Shown piece after piece: positions 12,245-24,963 of a stretch of DNA of 64,000 nt. A program made the position numbers and the translations under genes. Origin of the DNA: Azolla caroliniana (Eukaryota > Plantae > Polypodiophyta); contig JBHGNT010000009.1 of assembly GCA_043228905.1 (NCBI GenBank), positions 5,704,001-5,768,000 on the forward strand, written 5' to 3'. Numbering within the stretch: the first letter of the stretch is position 1; each line of letters starts with the position of its first letter. Below the pieces are notes generated by a model that worked only from the letters and a program-made list of their open reading frames with translations, searched no databases and was not told where the DNA came from.

Positions 12245-13995
12245 TTTTAATGCATTGCATTGAATTCTAGCTACATGGACTAAAATATGATACATTGCAT
12301 GGATTTCCCGAAAATACATAAATAAATACAAATTGAAAAAATAAAACATTTTCCCATAAATAAATAAATAAACATTTTTTATTTTACTCGTAAATAAATA
12401 AATAAAAATTGACAAATTAGATTTCAATGGAAATCCAATTCCGTGCATCGGATTCAATTGAAAATCCAATTTCTCTTATTTTTTTGAAAATTTTCTTATT
12501 TTTTGAATTGTTTTTGAATTTGTTTTTATTTTTCCCATAAAAAAATAAATAAAAATTGAAAAAATGGATTTTCAACGGAAATCCGATGCACTGCATCGGA
12601 TTTTGGTTGAAAGTCCACTTTTACGTATTTTTTTCCAAATTTGCTTTTTTTTTGAATTTTTTTGAATTTTTTTGAATTTTTTCTATAAAAAATAAATAAA
12701 TATTGAAAAAATAGATTTTCAATGGAAATCCGATGCACTGCATCGGATTTCCATAGAAAATCCACTTTTTCTTATTTTTTTCCAAATTTTCATAGTTTTT
12801 AGAATTTTTTTGGTATTTTGTTTGTCTATTTTCTCATAAATAACTATATAGAAATTGAAAAAATGAATTTTCAAAGGAAATCTGATGCATTGCATTGGAT
12901 TTCTATTGAAATTCCACTTTTTGCTATTTGTTACCAAATTTTCATATTTTAAATTTTTTTTTTGTATTTTTAAATTTTTTTTCATTTTTTCCCATAAATA
13001 AATAAATAAATATTGCAAAAAATGGGTTTTCAACAGAAATTTGATGCACTACATCGGATTTCTATTGAAAATCCATTTTGTCTTATTTGTTTCCAATTTT
13101 TCAGATATTTTGAATTTGTTTTTATATTTGTTTTGAATTGTTTTTGTTTTTATCATAAATAAATATATAGGAATTGAAAAAAATGGATTTTTAACGGAAA
13201 TCCGATGCACTGCATCGAATTTCCATTGAAAATCCACTTTTTCTTGTTTGTTTACAAATTTTCTTATTTGTTTATATTTTTCTCTAAAAAAGTGTTAAAA
13301 ATAAACAAATTGTGATTTTCTCCATTTAAAATGATGCACTGCATCGGATTCCCGTTGAAAACAGATCATTTTCAACAGGATTTTCAATGGAAATCCGATG
13401 CACTGCATCGGATTTCCGTTGAAAGTCCAATATTTTTCTTATGTTTTTTCATAAAACATTAATTTTCAATTGAAATCTGACTCAATGGTTCAGATTTTAT
13501 TGAAAATGTAATATTTTTTTATTATCTCATTGTTTTATGAAAAACCTAAAAGAAATTTGGATTTTTAATTGAAATTCGATGTAGTGCATTAGATTTCAGT
13601 TGGAAATCCACTTTTTTAATATATTTTTAATTGAAAAGAAGGAGGATTGCCAGCTAAAATCTGATGCAATGCATCAATGTCTAGCTGTATAGACTACGAT
13701 CTAATGTAGTGTATCGGATTTCAGTTGAAAAGCCGTTTATTATTTTTTTATATGGAAAATAAATAAATAAATAACATTGGAAAAAGAAAAAAGAAAAATG
13801 GATTTTCAACTCTAATCCAACGCATTGCATTAGATTCTAGCTATATATACTAAAATATAATGTAGTGCATAGTATTTTAGCTGAAAATCCATTTTTTATT
13901 TTTTAATGGAAATTTTTTTAAATATTACAAAAAAAAAAACTTGGATTTTCAATTGAAATCTAGTGCATCGCATTGGATTCCAATTAAAAATCCAA
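12245..13995. repeat. Array of about 15 imperfect ~50-bp palindromes (TGGATTTTCAAcGGAAATCCGATGCAcTGCATCGGATTTCCgTTGAAAATCCA) with A/T-rich spacers
   Basis: Copies start at about 12416, 12564, 12712, 12864, 13023, 13184, 13378, 13558 and 13942, plus partial copies. Confidence 0.9.
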
Positions 13996-14339
13996 GATTT
14001 TTTATTTTTTCAAATTTTCAATGGGTTTTAGATTAGTTTTCTGACACAGGTATATAATATAAAACTTACATCAATTTAGATTAACGTTATATTCTATTCT
14101 TCAGTTTGATGTTACCTGTGCAATTTCATTCTACTGTCATGTACTACTAAAACATACGCCTTAAAGATTATAAGGAACTCTGTTGCATTAGAGAAGGACC
14201 TTGAGCAAGTTAATGTCATCAAAATGAGGATCCAAGGTATCTGGGGTTGTCCTGATCAAGACCAAGAAGTTGGGGCAAAGCATATGAATAAAACTTAGAT
14301 GTTCCAGATGACTTTAAATAGAAAACTTGTCTGATTATT

Positions 14340-14952
14340 CTCTGATTATTTTAGTACGCGAATTTTTTGATTTAATATCGAGAATTCTTTCTGGTACATG
14401 TGGTTTAGAAGATAATTCTTCAAAAGTAACTAGAGTTTCAATTGTAATTGTATTGTTGCCAGAACCAAGAAGTTCTTTTCAACAACTTACATGAAAAACT
14501 TGATGGATTTCAATGCCATCGGGAAGAGCGAGACGATAGGCTAATGAACCAATGCATTTTAAGACTATACAATGTCCACAAAACCTGGGGCTAGCTTAGC
14601 GCACTTACCCGTAGACAATGTCTTAGAATTGTGAGGTACACGTATAAATACCTTCTATCCAAGGTTGAATACACAAGGTTGCCTATTATGATCGGCATAA
14701 AAATGCGCTCTATAATAACTCGTCAATGAGTTGGTAAGCCAAGTCAGGTGCTGTTACCATGGTTTTAGTAGCAATAAATCTAGCGATTTTAGTTAGTCGT
14801 GAATTTTTTGGGTGCGAGGAAGACTAACAATAAAATCCATGGATATAATTTCCTACTTATTATTGGGAATGTCCAAGGGATGTAAAAGTCTTGCGGCCTT
14901 AAGTCGCTCGACTTTGTTAACCTAACACTGGTGACATTTAGTCACATAGCTA
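14340..14952 (-). pseudogene. Gypsy integrase relic with GPY/F region and start of a chromodomain
   Basis: Motifs recognised by manual translation; stops, frameshifts and a core deletion. Confidence 0.7.
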
Positions 14953-15685
14953 TGTTTTAGGAAACAGGTCCCTCTGGATGGGAAGTCAGAAGAACAATAC
15001 TGATGAGCAAACTCGGACGAGGCCGAAACCGGATGAGGAATACCCAACTAAGGAAGACCCGGTGAGAACCAGATGACGAGTACCCGGCTACGGAGAGCCG
15101 GATGGTGCAGACCCGGTGAGAACCGGATGAGGAGTACCCGGAAACAGAAGATCCGGTGAGAACCGGATGACGAGTACCCGGCAAGCGCCAGATGATGCAG
15201 GCCCGGTGAGGAGTGCTCACCGGATGAAGAGACATATTCATAAATATGTTTCTGAGAGTCCATCGTGGCTATATTTGTAAATAGCCGAAAAGTCATATTA
15301 GTATAAATATGACTTAGGGCAAACTTTTTGTAGAGAGTGCGAGAGAGTTGTTGTCATTCTTGTTGGCGCAAGATTAGAGCGCGCAACTGTGTACAGACAG
15401 AGTGAGAGAGAGGAAGAGGTCGTTGCCTCTGATTGTAACTGCCGCCTGTGGCGAAGATAGCAAGCTCGAGGTCGTGGCCTCGGTGCTTTCTTATTGTACA
15501 TTCTGACATAGTGATAGTTTGCGGTCTGTGGGCTGCCGTGGTTTTTCCCGATTTTGGGTTTTCCACGTAAACATCCTATGTACTCTTCTCTCTATCGTGT
15601 TGTGTTTCATTCCTTGTTTTTTGTGTTTTATTCTAGGCTCGGTTGTGGCCGAGCGTTGTTCAAAGGGAGCATGTAGTTCCTGTCA
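14953..15685 (+). repeat. 5' LTR of C2 with internal tandem repeats
   Basis: Homologous to 45284-45836. CCCGGTGAGAACCGGATGAgGAGTACCCGG units at ~15027-15230. TATAAATA at ~15302. Confidence 0.85.
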
Positions 15686-15715
15686 AAGTGGTATCAGAGC
15701 GAAACGACACAGAAA

Positions 15716-17876
15716 ATGGACGATTTGTTGGGAGGCATGTTCAAGCTCACCGGCTCCAACTATTCAGTGTGGAAGTCGATGATGAGGGACATGCTCGTGG
15801 TTAAAGATCTTTGGTTGCCGGTTCAGTTCGGGGACAAGAGACCGGACAAGATCGACGCCACGATATGGGAGGTGATGCACATGAAGACAACGGCGTACAT
15901 ACGGTGCTTCATCGACATGAGCCTATACAACAACTTCAATGAAGAGAGCAAGGCTCATGAGCTCTGGGAGGAGATCGGCATTATGTTTCAAAACAAAAAT
16001 GTTGTTAATCAGGTTTCGGTATTCCAGAAGCTAGTAAGACTCCGGTACCAAGATGGCTCCAGCATGGCGGAGCACATGAATGCCTTCCAGGGGCTGATCC
16101 ACCAGGCAACATCATTGGAAGTACCTCTCGCCGATGAGGTACTAGCGTTACTCCTGCTCGGTTCCCTCCCGGATAGCTGGGAGATGTTGGTTGTCACTTT
16201 GGGCAACACCGGGTCGGAAGGGAAACGGTCATCCCTAGCAAGAGTGAAGTCGATCTTGCTAGATGAGGAGGCGCATCCAAAAGATAAGGATACGAGCTCC
16301 GACTCCAAAGCGCTCCTTACCGAATCGGAACGCGGAAGACATAGAAACCGTAGTCACCAGAACCGGGAAAAGTCGGGGACATGGTCAAAATCAAGGGGGA
16401 GGCCTACTTGCTTTTATTGCAGCAAGCCCAGACACTTCCAAAAGAACTGTCGGCATTTCTGTAAAGACAAGGAAACCGACGGTACCGATCCGAAGCGGAC
16501 ACCGGACCAGAACGGTAACGACGGCAATCGCGGCAAGTGAAGAAGAGTTGATGCTCATCACCGAGGAAAGTGAGCTATACTTTGCCAGCGACGAGATGAC
16601 CTGGGTGGTCGACTCCGGAGCGTCGTTCCACCTTACCCCGGACCGGAAATGCTTCTCATCCTACTTAGCCGTTGATCACGGCTGTGTCCAGATGGGGAAT
16701 GAAGGTACATGCCGAATTGTCGGCATAGGAGACGTGTGGCTATCAACACCAACCGGATGCAAGATGCTGCTAAAGGATGTTCGACACGTTCTGGAGGTTC
16801 GTCTGAACCTGATATCAGCCGGTCGGCTAGATGATGAAGGCTACATGGGTAGCATCCGGAACGGTGTTATGAAGTTCAGCAAAGGGAGCCTGATTGTGGC
16901 TCAGGCCTTGAAGGTAAACACGTTGTACCTGATGAATGCCCGGTTATGTCCGGAGGAAGTGAACGTGGCATTCGACACTGCCAGTGAGTTGTGGCACAAA
17001 AGGCTGTGTCACATGAGCGAGAAAGGGATGAAGAGGCTTGCAGATGACAACCTCATTCCAGTGAAGAACGTGCACTTGGAGAAGTGCACTGATTGTCTGG
17101 CCAGAAAGCAAAACCGAACCTCCTTCCGATCGAGGCCACCGATGATACATAATGCACCACTTGAGTTGGTGCATACATACTGATGTGTGTCAAGTGGACA
17201 CGAAGTCACATGCAGGATCGCAATACTTCGTGATGTTCATAGATGACCACAACCGGAAGCTGTGGGCCACACCGTTGAAGACGAAGGATAAGGTGCTATC
17301 CGTCTTCAAAGAGCTCCATGTGAGAGTGGAAAGAGAAACCGGTCGGAAGCTGAAGGCGGTTCAAGCAGATAACAGAGGTGAATACCGGGGGCAGTTCGAG
17401 GAGTACTGCCGCTCGAAGGGAATCCGGCTCGAATTTACTGTGCCGAAGACGCCGGAACTAAACGGGCTGGCCGAGAGGATGAACCGGACCGTAATGGAGA
17501 GGGTCCGGACTATGCTGGCGCATGCAAAACTACCCAAGAAGTTTTGGGTTGAGGCACTGTCGACGGCGACATATGTGATAAACAGATCACCCTTAGTAAC
17601 CTTGGACAGAGACACGCCATAGAGAGTATGGACCGGTAAGGAAATATCCTACCGGCATCTGAACGTATTCAGGTATCTTGCATATGTGCATGTAGCTAAG
17701 GACCGGAGAGGAAAACTAGATCCGAAGACCCGGCCATGCAGATTCCTCGGTTACGGCGACGATGAGTTCGGCTATCGAGTGTGGGACCTGGTCGACAAGA
17801 AGGTACTCCGGAGTCGAGATATTATCTTCATGGAGGACAAGACGCTCGCCGACTGGGAGTCGGAGAAGAAGGTAAA
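15716..17876 (+). pseudogene. C2 gag-PR-INT, frameshifted
   Basis: Overlapping ORFs 15716-16540, 16263-17183 (WVVDSGASFH), 17152-17622 and 17686 onward. Confidence 0.9.
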
Positions 17877-18078
17877 TGTTGAGAGACAAGCTCAACATCG
17901 GCCGGATCGGCTGAAGAAGCCAAGGACCGGATCGGTTGGGACCGATCAGTTAGGCCGAGTGCATAAACCGGGAGGCCGTTAGGAAAGATATTCCGTGAGG
18001 AATATATTTGGGAGTTAGTGTAGGAGCTCTTGATGAGCATTGAAGTACTGTCAGTACTTCGGTCAGTCCTTCTAGGAC

Positions 18079-19809
18079 TTGTACGATGAGACGTTTGCGT
18101 TGGTCGCGAAAATGACGACCGTTCATGTTTTGCTCGCAGTAGCCGCAGCCAAGGGGTGGCACCTATATCAAATGGATGTAAAGAATGCGTTCCTGCAAGG
18201 TGACCTTGAGGAACAAGTGTACATGGTACAGCCCCCCGGATTTCACTCCGGAACGAACTCCTCGGCAGTATGCCGACTGAAGAAGTCCCTTTACGGACTT
18301 AAGCAAGCCCCGCGTGCCTGGAACACGAAGATCACGCAACAACTGCGTCGGATGGGCTTCGTCACGTCAAAATCGGACTCTTCACTGTTCATCCGGAATG
18401 GTCGACTCGGCCCGGTTAGTATTCTACCGTATGTCGATGACTTGGTCATCACCGGCGCCGACATAGGTGAAATCGACTGCGTGAAGCTCCAGCTTGCGGC
18501 ATCGTTCGACATGAAGGATCTGGGAGACCTTCATTACTTCCTCGGGATCGAAGTCATCCGTACCCCCGAAGGCATATTGATCAGCCAACGTCATTACGTG
18601 CTGAGTATGCTCTTCAAATTCGGGATGACCGACTGTAAGTCCGTCTCGACTCCTCTGGACAGAACCGTCAAGCTTCGTCTCGATACGGGAAAGGTATGCG
18701 ACCCGACGAGGTTCCGACAAATTGTCGGAAGACTCATATACTTGACCATCACCCGACCCGACCTCAGTTATCCGGTCGGGGTGATCAGTCAGTTCATGGC
18801 GCGACCTACCGAGGAGCACCTTCAGTGTGCGCAACGCATACTTCGGTATGTCAACGGCACTAAGGACTGGGGACTGCTATATCGGACCGGTGCAGCCACG
18901 TGGTTAGACGGCAACGCCGCCGATCGCCGATCCACGTCCGGATACGCGTTCTCCCTCGGGAGTGCCGCGATCGCGTGGAGCAGTAAGAAGCAGCCGACAG
19001 TTGCACTGTCGAGCACCGAAGCCGAGTACCGAGGAGCGGCTGTCGCGACATGCGAAGCCATATGGTTGAAGCGGCTACTTAAGGACCTGCGAGAGGAGGT
19101 GTCCAATCCAACGACGATCTACAGCGACAACCTCAGCAGCATCCAACTCGCGAAGAACCCCGTTTTCCACGCACGGACCAAGCACATTGAGGTGCACTAC
19201 CATTTTGTCTGTGAGCGTGTCCTTTCCGGTGAAGTCAAACTTCAGTACGTTCCGACGGATCGGCAGACTGCCGACATCTTCACCAAGCCTCTTGGTCTGG
19301 ACAAGTTGCGGCAATTCTCAGGTGCGCTCGGTTTGCGTCACCTTGACGTGCCGAACTTGAGGGCGAGAACAGTCCCGAACGACCAAGCAAGGCAGCAAGA
19401 AAGGAGCGGACACCGCGACACCGAGTCGGTTGACAAGTTCGACTTCGGATCGGCTGAAGAAGCCGCGGGCGGACCCGCGGAGAAGTCCGGAAGCGGACAG
19501 AAGGGGAGCAACCAAAGGAGAGAGCCGAAGGCAACCATGCATGGGGAAGATAACGCCATCGAGGGCGAGAAGACCGAAGACGAGTTGGAGACAGCCAACT
19601 TGGACGAGAGCGAAGACCGATCGGAGGTAGCCGAGTCGGTTCGGATGTTTGATTCAGACACGCTGAATCAACCGAGGCCCAAGCGGAAGAAAAGGCAGCA
19701 GAAGAAGCGTCAACACTGCAACAACAAAAGAGCTGATGAGGGCCACATGAGCAGACAAGCCGACCGGAAGGGTCGAAGCACGCGGAGTCGAACAGGTCGA
19801 GGAGCGTGA
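18079..19809 (+). pseudogene. pol: B2 RT-RNase H plus charged C-terminal tail (5' truncated)
   Basis: YVDD, SSTEAEY, HIEVHYHF, ADIFTK. The first RNase H motif (GYTDADW) is removed by a ~21-bp deletion near 18905. Confidence 0.9.
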
Positions 19810-19881
19810 GCGAGGCAAGAAGCCAGGAGGAACCGGTGCTGTGAAGATCCCGAAGAGCCTCAAGTTGAGCTTGAGGGGGAG

Positions 19882-20251
19882 TGTTGAGAGACAAGCTCAA
19901 CATCGGCCGGATCGGCTGAAGAAGCCGAGGACCGGATCGGTTGGGACCGATTGGTTAGGCCGAGTGCATAAACCGAGAGGCCGTTAGGAAAGATATTCCG
20001 TGAGGAATATATTTGGGAGTTAGTGTAGGAGCTCTTGATGAGCATTGAAGTACTGTCAGTACTTCGATCAGTCCTTCTAGGACTTGTATAAAAGTGCTCA
20101 CTGAGCACGTCTTATGTACAGATTGAGTATTATTGTGTTTTCTCTCTCTGTCTCTCCCGAGTATACTACGTAAGCTCAAGCTCTCCATTGAACCTGAGTT
20201 TCCTTCCTTCTGTTCGGTCTTCATACTTGCTTCCGCACGTTACTTTCTACA
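19882..20251 (+). repeat. Shared middle LTR of B2/B3 (370 bp)
   Basis: PPT on the left and PBS on the right; near-identical to 24594-24963. Confidence 0.95.
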
Positions 20252-20320
20252 TGGTATCAGAGCGTGAGGGTTGAGAACCTCTTTGCAACTGACACAGCTT
20301 GACGAAGAAGAACAAGAAGA

Positions 20321-23300
20321 ATGATGGATAAAGGCATGGCGAGCTCGCTTCTAACAGAGAAGCTTGACAGAACCAACTACGCGTCTTGGTCCTACAAGAT
20401 GCACCAGTACCTGCTCGAGCACAGCTATTGGAGTTATGTCGAAGGAGCTAATGACGCGGCACCCGAATCGACACACAGAAACTTTCCGTCGTGGGAGCAA
20501 TTGGCGAGCAGGGTATTATACTGCTTCACGTCATGTGTGGGCGAACAACTATTGAGCTATGTTCGGGATGCAAAGACGCCGAAGGGTGCGTGGGAAAATT
20601 TGAAGAAGATCTTCGCCGCAAGCACCACAGCTAGGAAGCTTCAACTCCGACAGGAGTTGAGCAACCTACGACAACGCGACTTGTCGGTGGCGGACTATAC
20701 CTCAAAGATCAAGGATATCTGCGACTCCGTCACCTCCATAGAGGTGAACATCGAGGAGAGCGAGATGGTCCAGATCTGTCTCGGAGGTTTGGCGTCGAAG
20801 TTCGGAGCGTTCCGAACGGCTGTGTGTACCCGGGAGAATACACAGTCCTTTTTCGACTTATAGTCGATGCTCCTGGTAGAGAACCACGTGGGTGCGTCTA
20901 CAAGCACGCACACCGACAGTAGAATGTTGTACATGGAGGGAGATAGGCCCTGTGGACATGGAGGACGAGGCGAGTCGGCACGCAATGGAGGCGGCCAACG
21001 AGATCAAGAAAGAAGGCACCGAAGTGATGCCGATAGCAACTCCGGACCCTCCGGAAACAGGGGGAATCGAAGCGATGAGAACCGGCAAGGGAAGTCCATC
21101 GCGGAGTGCTGGTACTGTGGCAAGAAAGGCCACAAGGAAAGTGAGTGCTTGAAGAAGCGCGCCGATTCGGAGAGAACTGGTTCCGGGAACGGCTCTAGAC
21201 ATACCGACAAGGGAAATGGGCAGCGATCGCACTACGCCGAAGACTCCGGGAGAGCTGAAGAAGGGTCTGCCTTCGTGACGAGACACGAAGCAAACTCAAT
21301 GAAGCAGACCACCCCGAGATCGGACGAGGTGTGGTACATAGACTCCAGTGCGTCAAACCACATGACGAGCCATAAGGAGTGGTTCTCGTACCTTGAAAAA
21401 CCGATACAACCTGGAGTAGTCGCAACAGGAGACGACACTCCGCATCCGATCGCGAATGTCGGAGAAGTTCCCCTTAGCCATGTCGGGCAGAAAGGGAAAC
21501 TCATGAACGTGCTGCACATTCCGACAATCACGAAAAACTTGGTCTCGGTCGGACAGATCGTCGACCAAGGGATGGAGGTTCGGTTTACACACCTCGGGTG
21601 CTTCATTGAGGAAGAAGGCCGTGTGATTGCGCAAGGGCGCAGAGACGGGAGGATGTTCATCCTCGACTCCACTAACGGCGGCACCGCAATGTTCGCGAAG
21701 GGACAAAAGACCGAGTCGGACATCGACTTGTGGCACAGGCGGATAGGCCACGTCAACCACCAACGGCTTTAAGATCTGTAATCGAAATAGGTAGTGTTCG
21801 GATTGCCCAAATTTAGTGGCCGAAAGGCACAAATTTGTGAAGCCTGCCAGCTCGGGAGGCAACACCGACTTCCCTTCCCCAACGAGCGAAACCGGAGTTG
21901 GAACAAGCTCGACCTTATACACTCCGATGTATGGGGGCCGGCACAAAAAGTTAGTCTTGGCGGGAGCCGATATTTCGTCTCCTTCATCGACGACCACACG
22001 CGGCACACGTGGATCTACCTCATTGAGAGGAAGAGCGAAGTCTTCGACTGTTTCTAGGACCTCAAAGGGTTCGTGGAAGCGGAAACGGGACGAAAGATCA
22101 AGTGCCTACGGTCGGATGGCGGGAAAGAGTACTTTTCCGGTCAATTCAACGGTTACCTACAACAAATGGGAATTCGCCGCGAATTCAGTTGTAGATACAC
22201 GCCGGAGCAGAACGGCGTGGCCGAGAGAAAGAATCGGTCGATTGTGGAAGCGGCACGGGCAATGCTGGAGGAGAAGAGCTTGCCCAAGTTCTACTGGGCC
22301 GAGGCGGTAAGGACCGCGGTATACATCCAAAACCGGATCGGAGACAAAGTGTCGGCGCACGAGCTATATTTCGGAACGAAGCCGAACTTGCGACACTTGA
22401 GGGTGTTCGGTAGCATTGCGTATGTGCATGTACCGAAGGAGAAAAGGAGGAAGCTGGACGCAAAGGCCGAGAAATGCATATTGGTCGGTTACTCGGACGA
22501 GCAGAAGGGTTATAAGTGCTATAACCCTCGCAGCAAACAAGCGTGTGTCAGCCGCGACGTTGTGTTTGACGAGTCCGCGTCCTGGTACCTGCCCCCGACT
22601 ACGAACCTCAACTCCAATCCGAGCTCTGACGACGAGGTCAGCGAGGCCGAGATGCCTCCGAATGAGCCCGAAATCGAGACCCGCGAAGAGAGTCCGATTT
22701 CACTCCGGTTAAGTGGACCAATTGGACGACTGTGTCGGTACGACCAATCCGATGAAGAGTCGGCGAGTAGTGGAGACTCGGCCATGCATTCCCCGTGCAA
22801 GAAGCTGAGAAGACGGCTTACGCGCAAAGAGAAAGGGAAGAAGAAGGTGTCTGATTCCGGCACGGAAAGGAACGAGTCAGATCGACGCAAGTCCGACTCT
22901 GAGGGAACCGGTGATGGGTCTTTAAAGGTCAAGACCGCGTCGACCGAGAAGGCCTCGACATCGGCTAATGTGAGATTACGCCGATCTACCCGCCAGAAGA
23001 ACCCAGTTGTGCGGTTCGTATACAACGAGTACATGGCGCATCATTATGCGTACATGACCTGTGTGGTGGAAGTGCGTGAGCCGGAGAGCTACGCAGAAGC
23101 GGCGAAGGACGCGAATTGGCACGCCGCGATGGAGGAACAGATGCACGCATTGGCGGAGAATGAGACCGGGGACCTAGTTGACGCACCGAAGGGTGTGAAG
23201 CCGATCGGGTGTAGATGGGTGTACAAAGTCAAGTACAACACCGATGGCTCGGTCAACCAGTACAAGGCTCGGCTAGTGGCAAAGGGCTACGCGCAGAAAC

Positions 23301-24462
23301 ACGGCATCGACTACGATGAGACGTTTGCGTCGGTCGCGAAAATGACGACCGTTCGTGTTTTGCTCGCAGTAGCCGCAGCCAAGGGGTGGCACCTACATCC
23401 AATGGATGTAAAGAATGCGTTCCTGCAAGGTGACCTTGAGGAACAAGTGTACATGGTACAGCCCCCCGGATTTCACTCCGGAACGAAATCCTCGGCAGTA
23501 TGCCGACTGAAGAAGTCCCTTTACGGACTGAAGCAAGCCCCGCGTGCCTGGAACGCGAAGATCACGCAACAACTGCGTCGGATGGGCTTCGTCACGTCAA
23601 AATCGGACTCTTCACTGTTCATCCGGAATGGTCGACGTCGGGATACGCGTCCGGATACGCGTTCTCCCTCGGGAGTGCCGCGATCGCGTGGAGCAGTAAG
23701 AAGCAGCCGACAGTTGCACTGTCGAGCACCGAAGCCGAGTACCAAGGAGCGGCTGTCGCGACATGCGAAGCCATATGGTTGAAGCGGCTACTTAAGGACC
23801 TGCGAGAGGAGGTGTCCAATCCAACGACGATCTACAGCGACAACCTCAGCAGCATCCAACTCGCGAAGAACCCCGTTTTCCACGCACGGACCAAGCACAT
23901 TGAGGTGCACTACCATTTTGTCTGTGAGCGTGTCCTTTCCGGTGAAGTCAAACTTCAGTACGTTCCGACGGATCGGCAGACTGCCGACATCTTCACCAAG
24001 CCTCTTGGTCTGGACAAGTTGCGGCAATTCTCAGGTGCGCTCGGTTTGCGTCACCTTGACGTGCCGAACTTGAGGGCGAGAACAGTCCCGAACGACCAAG
24101 CAAGGCAGCAAGAAAGGAGCGGACACCGCGACACCGAGTCGGTTGACAAGTTCGACTTCGGATCGGCTGAAGAAGCCGCGGGCGGACCCGCGGAGAAGTC
24201 CGGAAGCGGACAGAAGGGGAGCAACCAAAGGAGAGAGCCGAAGGCAACCATGCATGGGGAAGATAACGCCATCGAGGGCGAGAAGACCGAAGACGAGTTG
24301 GAGACAGCCAACTTGGACGAGAGCGAAGACCGATCGGAGGTAGCCGAGTCGGTTCGGATGTTTGATTCAGACACGCTGAATCAACCGAGGCCCAAGCGGA
24401 AGAAAAGGCAGCAGAAGAAGCGTCAACACTGCAACAACAAAAGAGCTGATGAGGGCCAATGA
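20321..24462 (+). pseudogene. pol: B3 gag-PR-INT-RT(partly deleted)-RNase H-tail
   Basis: ORFs 20321, 20867 (CWYCGKKGHKESEC), 22073 and 23500. About 530 bp of RT including YVDD is deleted at ~23640. Confidence 0.92.
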
Positions 24463-24593
24463 GCAGACAAGCCGACCGGAAGGGTCGAAGCACGCGGAGT
24501 CGAACAGGTCGAGGAGCGTGAGCGAGGCAAGAAGCCAGGAGGAACCGATGCTGTGAAGATCCCGAAGAGCCTCAAGTTGAGCTTGAGGGGGAG

Positions 24594-24963
24594 TGTTGAG
24601 AGACAAGCTCAACATCGGCCGGATCGGCTGAAGAAGCCGAGGACCGGATCGGTTGGGACCGATTGGTTAGGCCGAGTGCATAAACCGAGAGGCCGTTAGG
24701 AAAGATATTCCGTGAGGAATATATTTGGGAGTTAGTGTAGGAGCTCTTGATAAGCATTGAAGTATTGTCAGTACTTCGATCAGTCCTTCTAGGACTTGTA
24801 TAAAAGTGCTCACTGAGCACGTCTTATGTACAGATTGAGTATTATTGTGTTTTCTCTCTCTGTCTCTCCCGAGTATACTACGTAAGCTCAAGCTCTCCAT
24901 TGAACCTGAGTTTCCTTCCTTCTGTTCGGTCTTCATACTTGCTTCCGCACGTTACTTTCTACA
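24594..24963 (+). repeat. 3' LTR of B3
   Basis: TG..CA followed by the TSD. Confidence 0.95.

Larger units (their letters stand above)
10199..14952 (-). mobile_element. Decayed chromovirus-type Gypsy 3' portion (integrase/chromodomain relic, long 3' region, PPT, short 3' LTR)
   Basis: Minus-strand translation of ~14950-14340 gives LLHPLDIP..ISMDFIVSLP, YADHNR, KLAP.FCG..AYRLALP..IHQVFHVS and PERILD. PPT AAAGAGGGGGGGAGTA at ~10493-10508 precedes the LTR TGTTAC..TGACA (10492-10199). Linking the two ends into one element is inferred. Confidence 0.65.
17877..24963 (+). mobile_element. Copia B2/B3 three-LTR tandem inside one TSD
   Basis: TSD GTAAA (17872-17876, 24964-24968). Truncated LTR 17877-~18082; LTR 19882-20251 followed by PBS at 20252; LTR 24594-24963. 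A PPT precedes each full LTR. Confidence 0.95.

Noticed and set aside
12245-13995. CRISPR-like repeat-spacer array
   Set aside because: The context is eukaryotic, spacers are ~100 bp, low-complexity and similar to each other, repeats are degenerate, and there are no cas genes.
14985-15045. Hammerhead-like CTGATGA..GAAAC in the C2 LTR
   Set aside because: I could not build stems I and III with a cleavage triplet, and the GAAACCGG belongs to the local tandem repeat.
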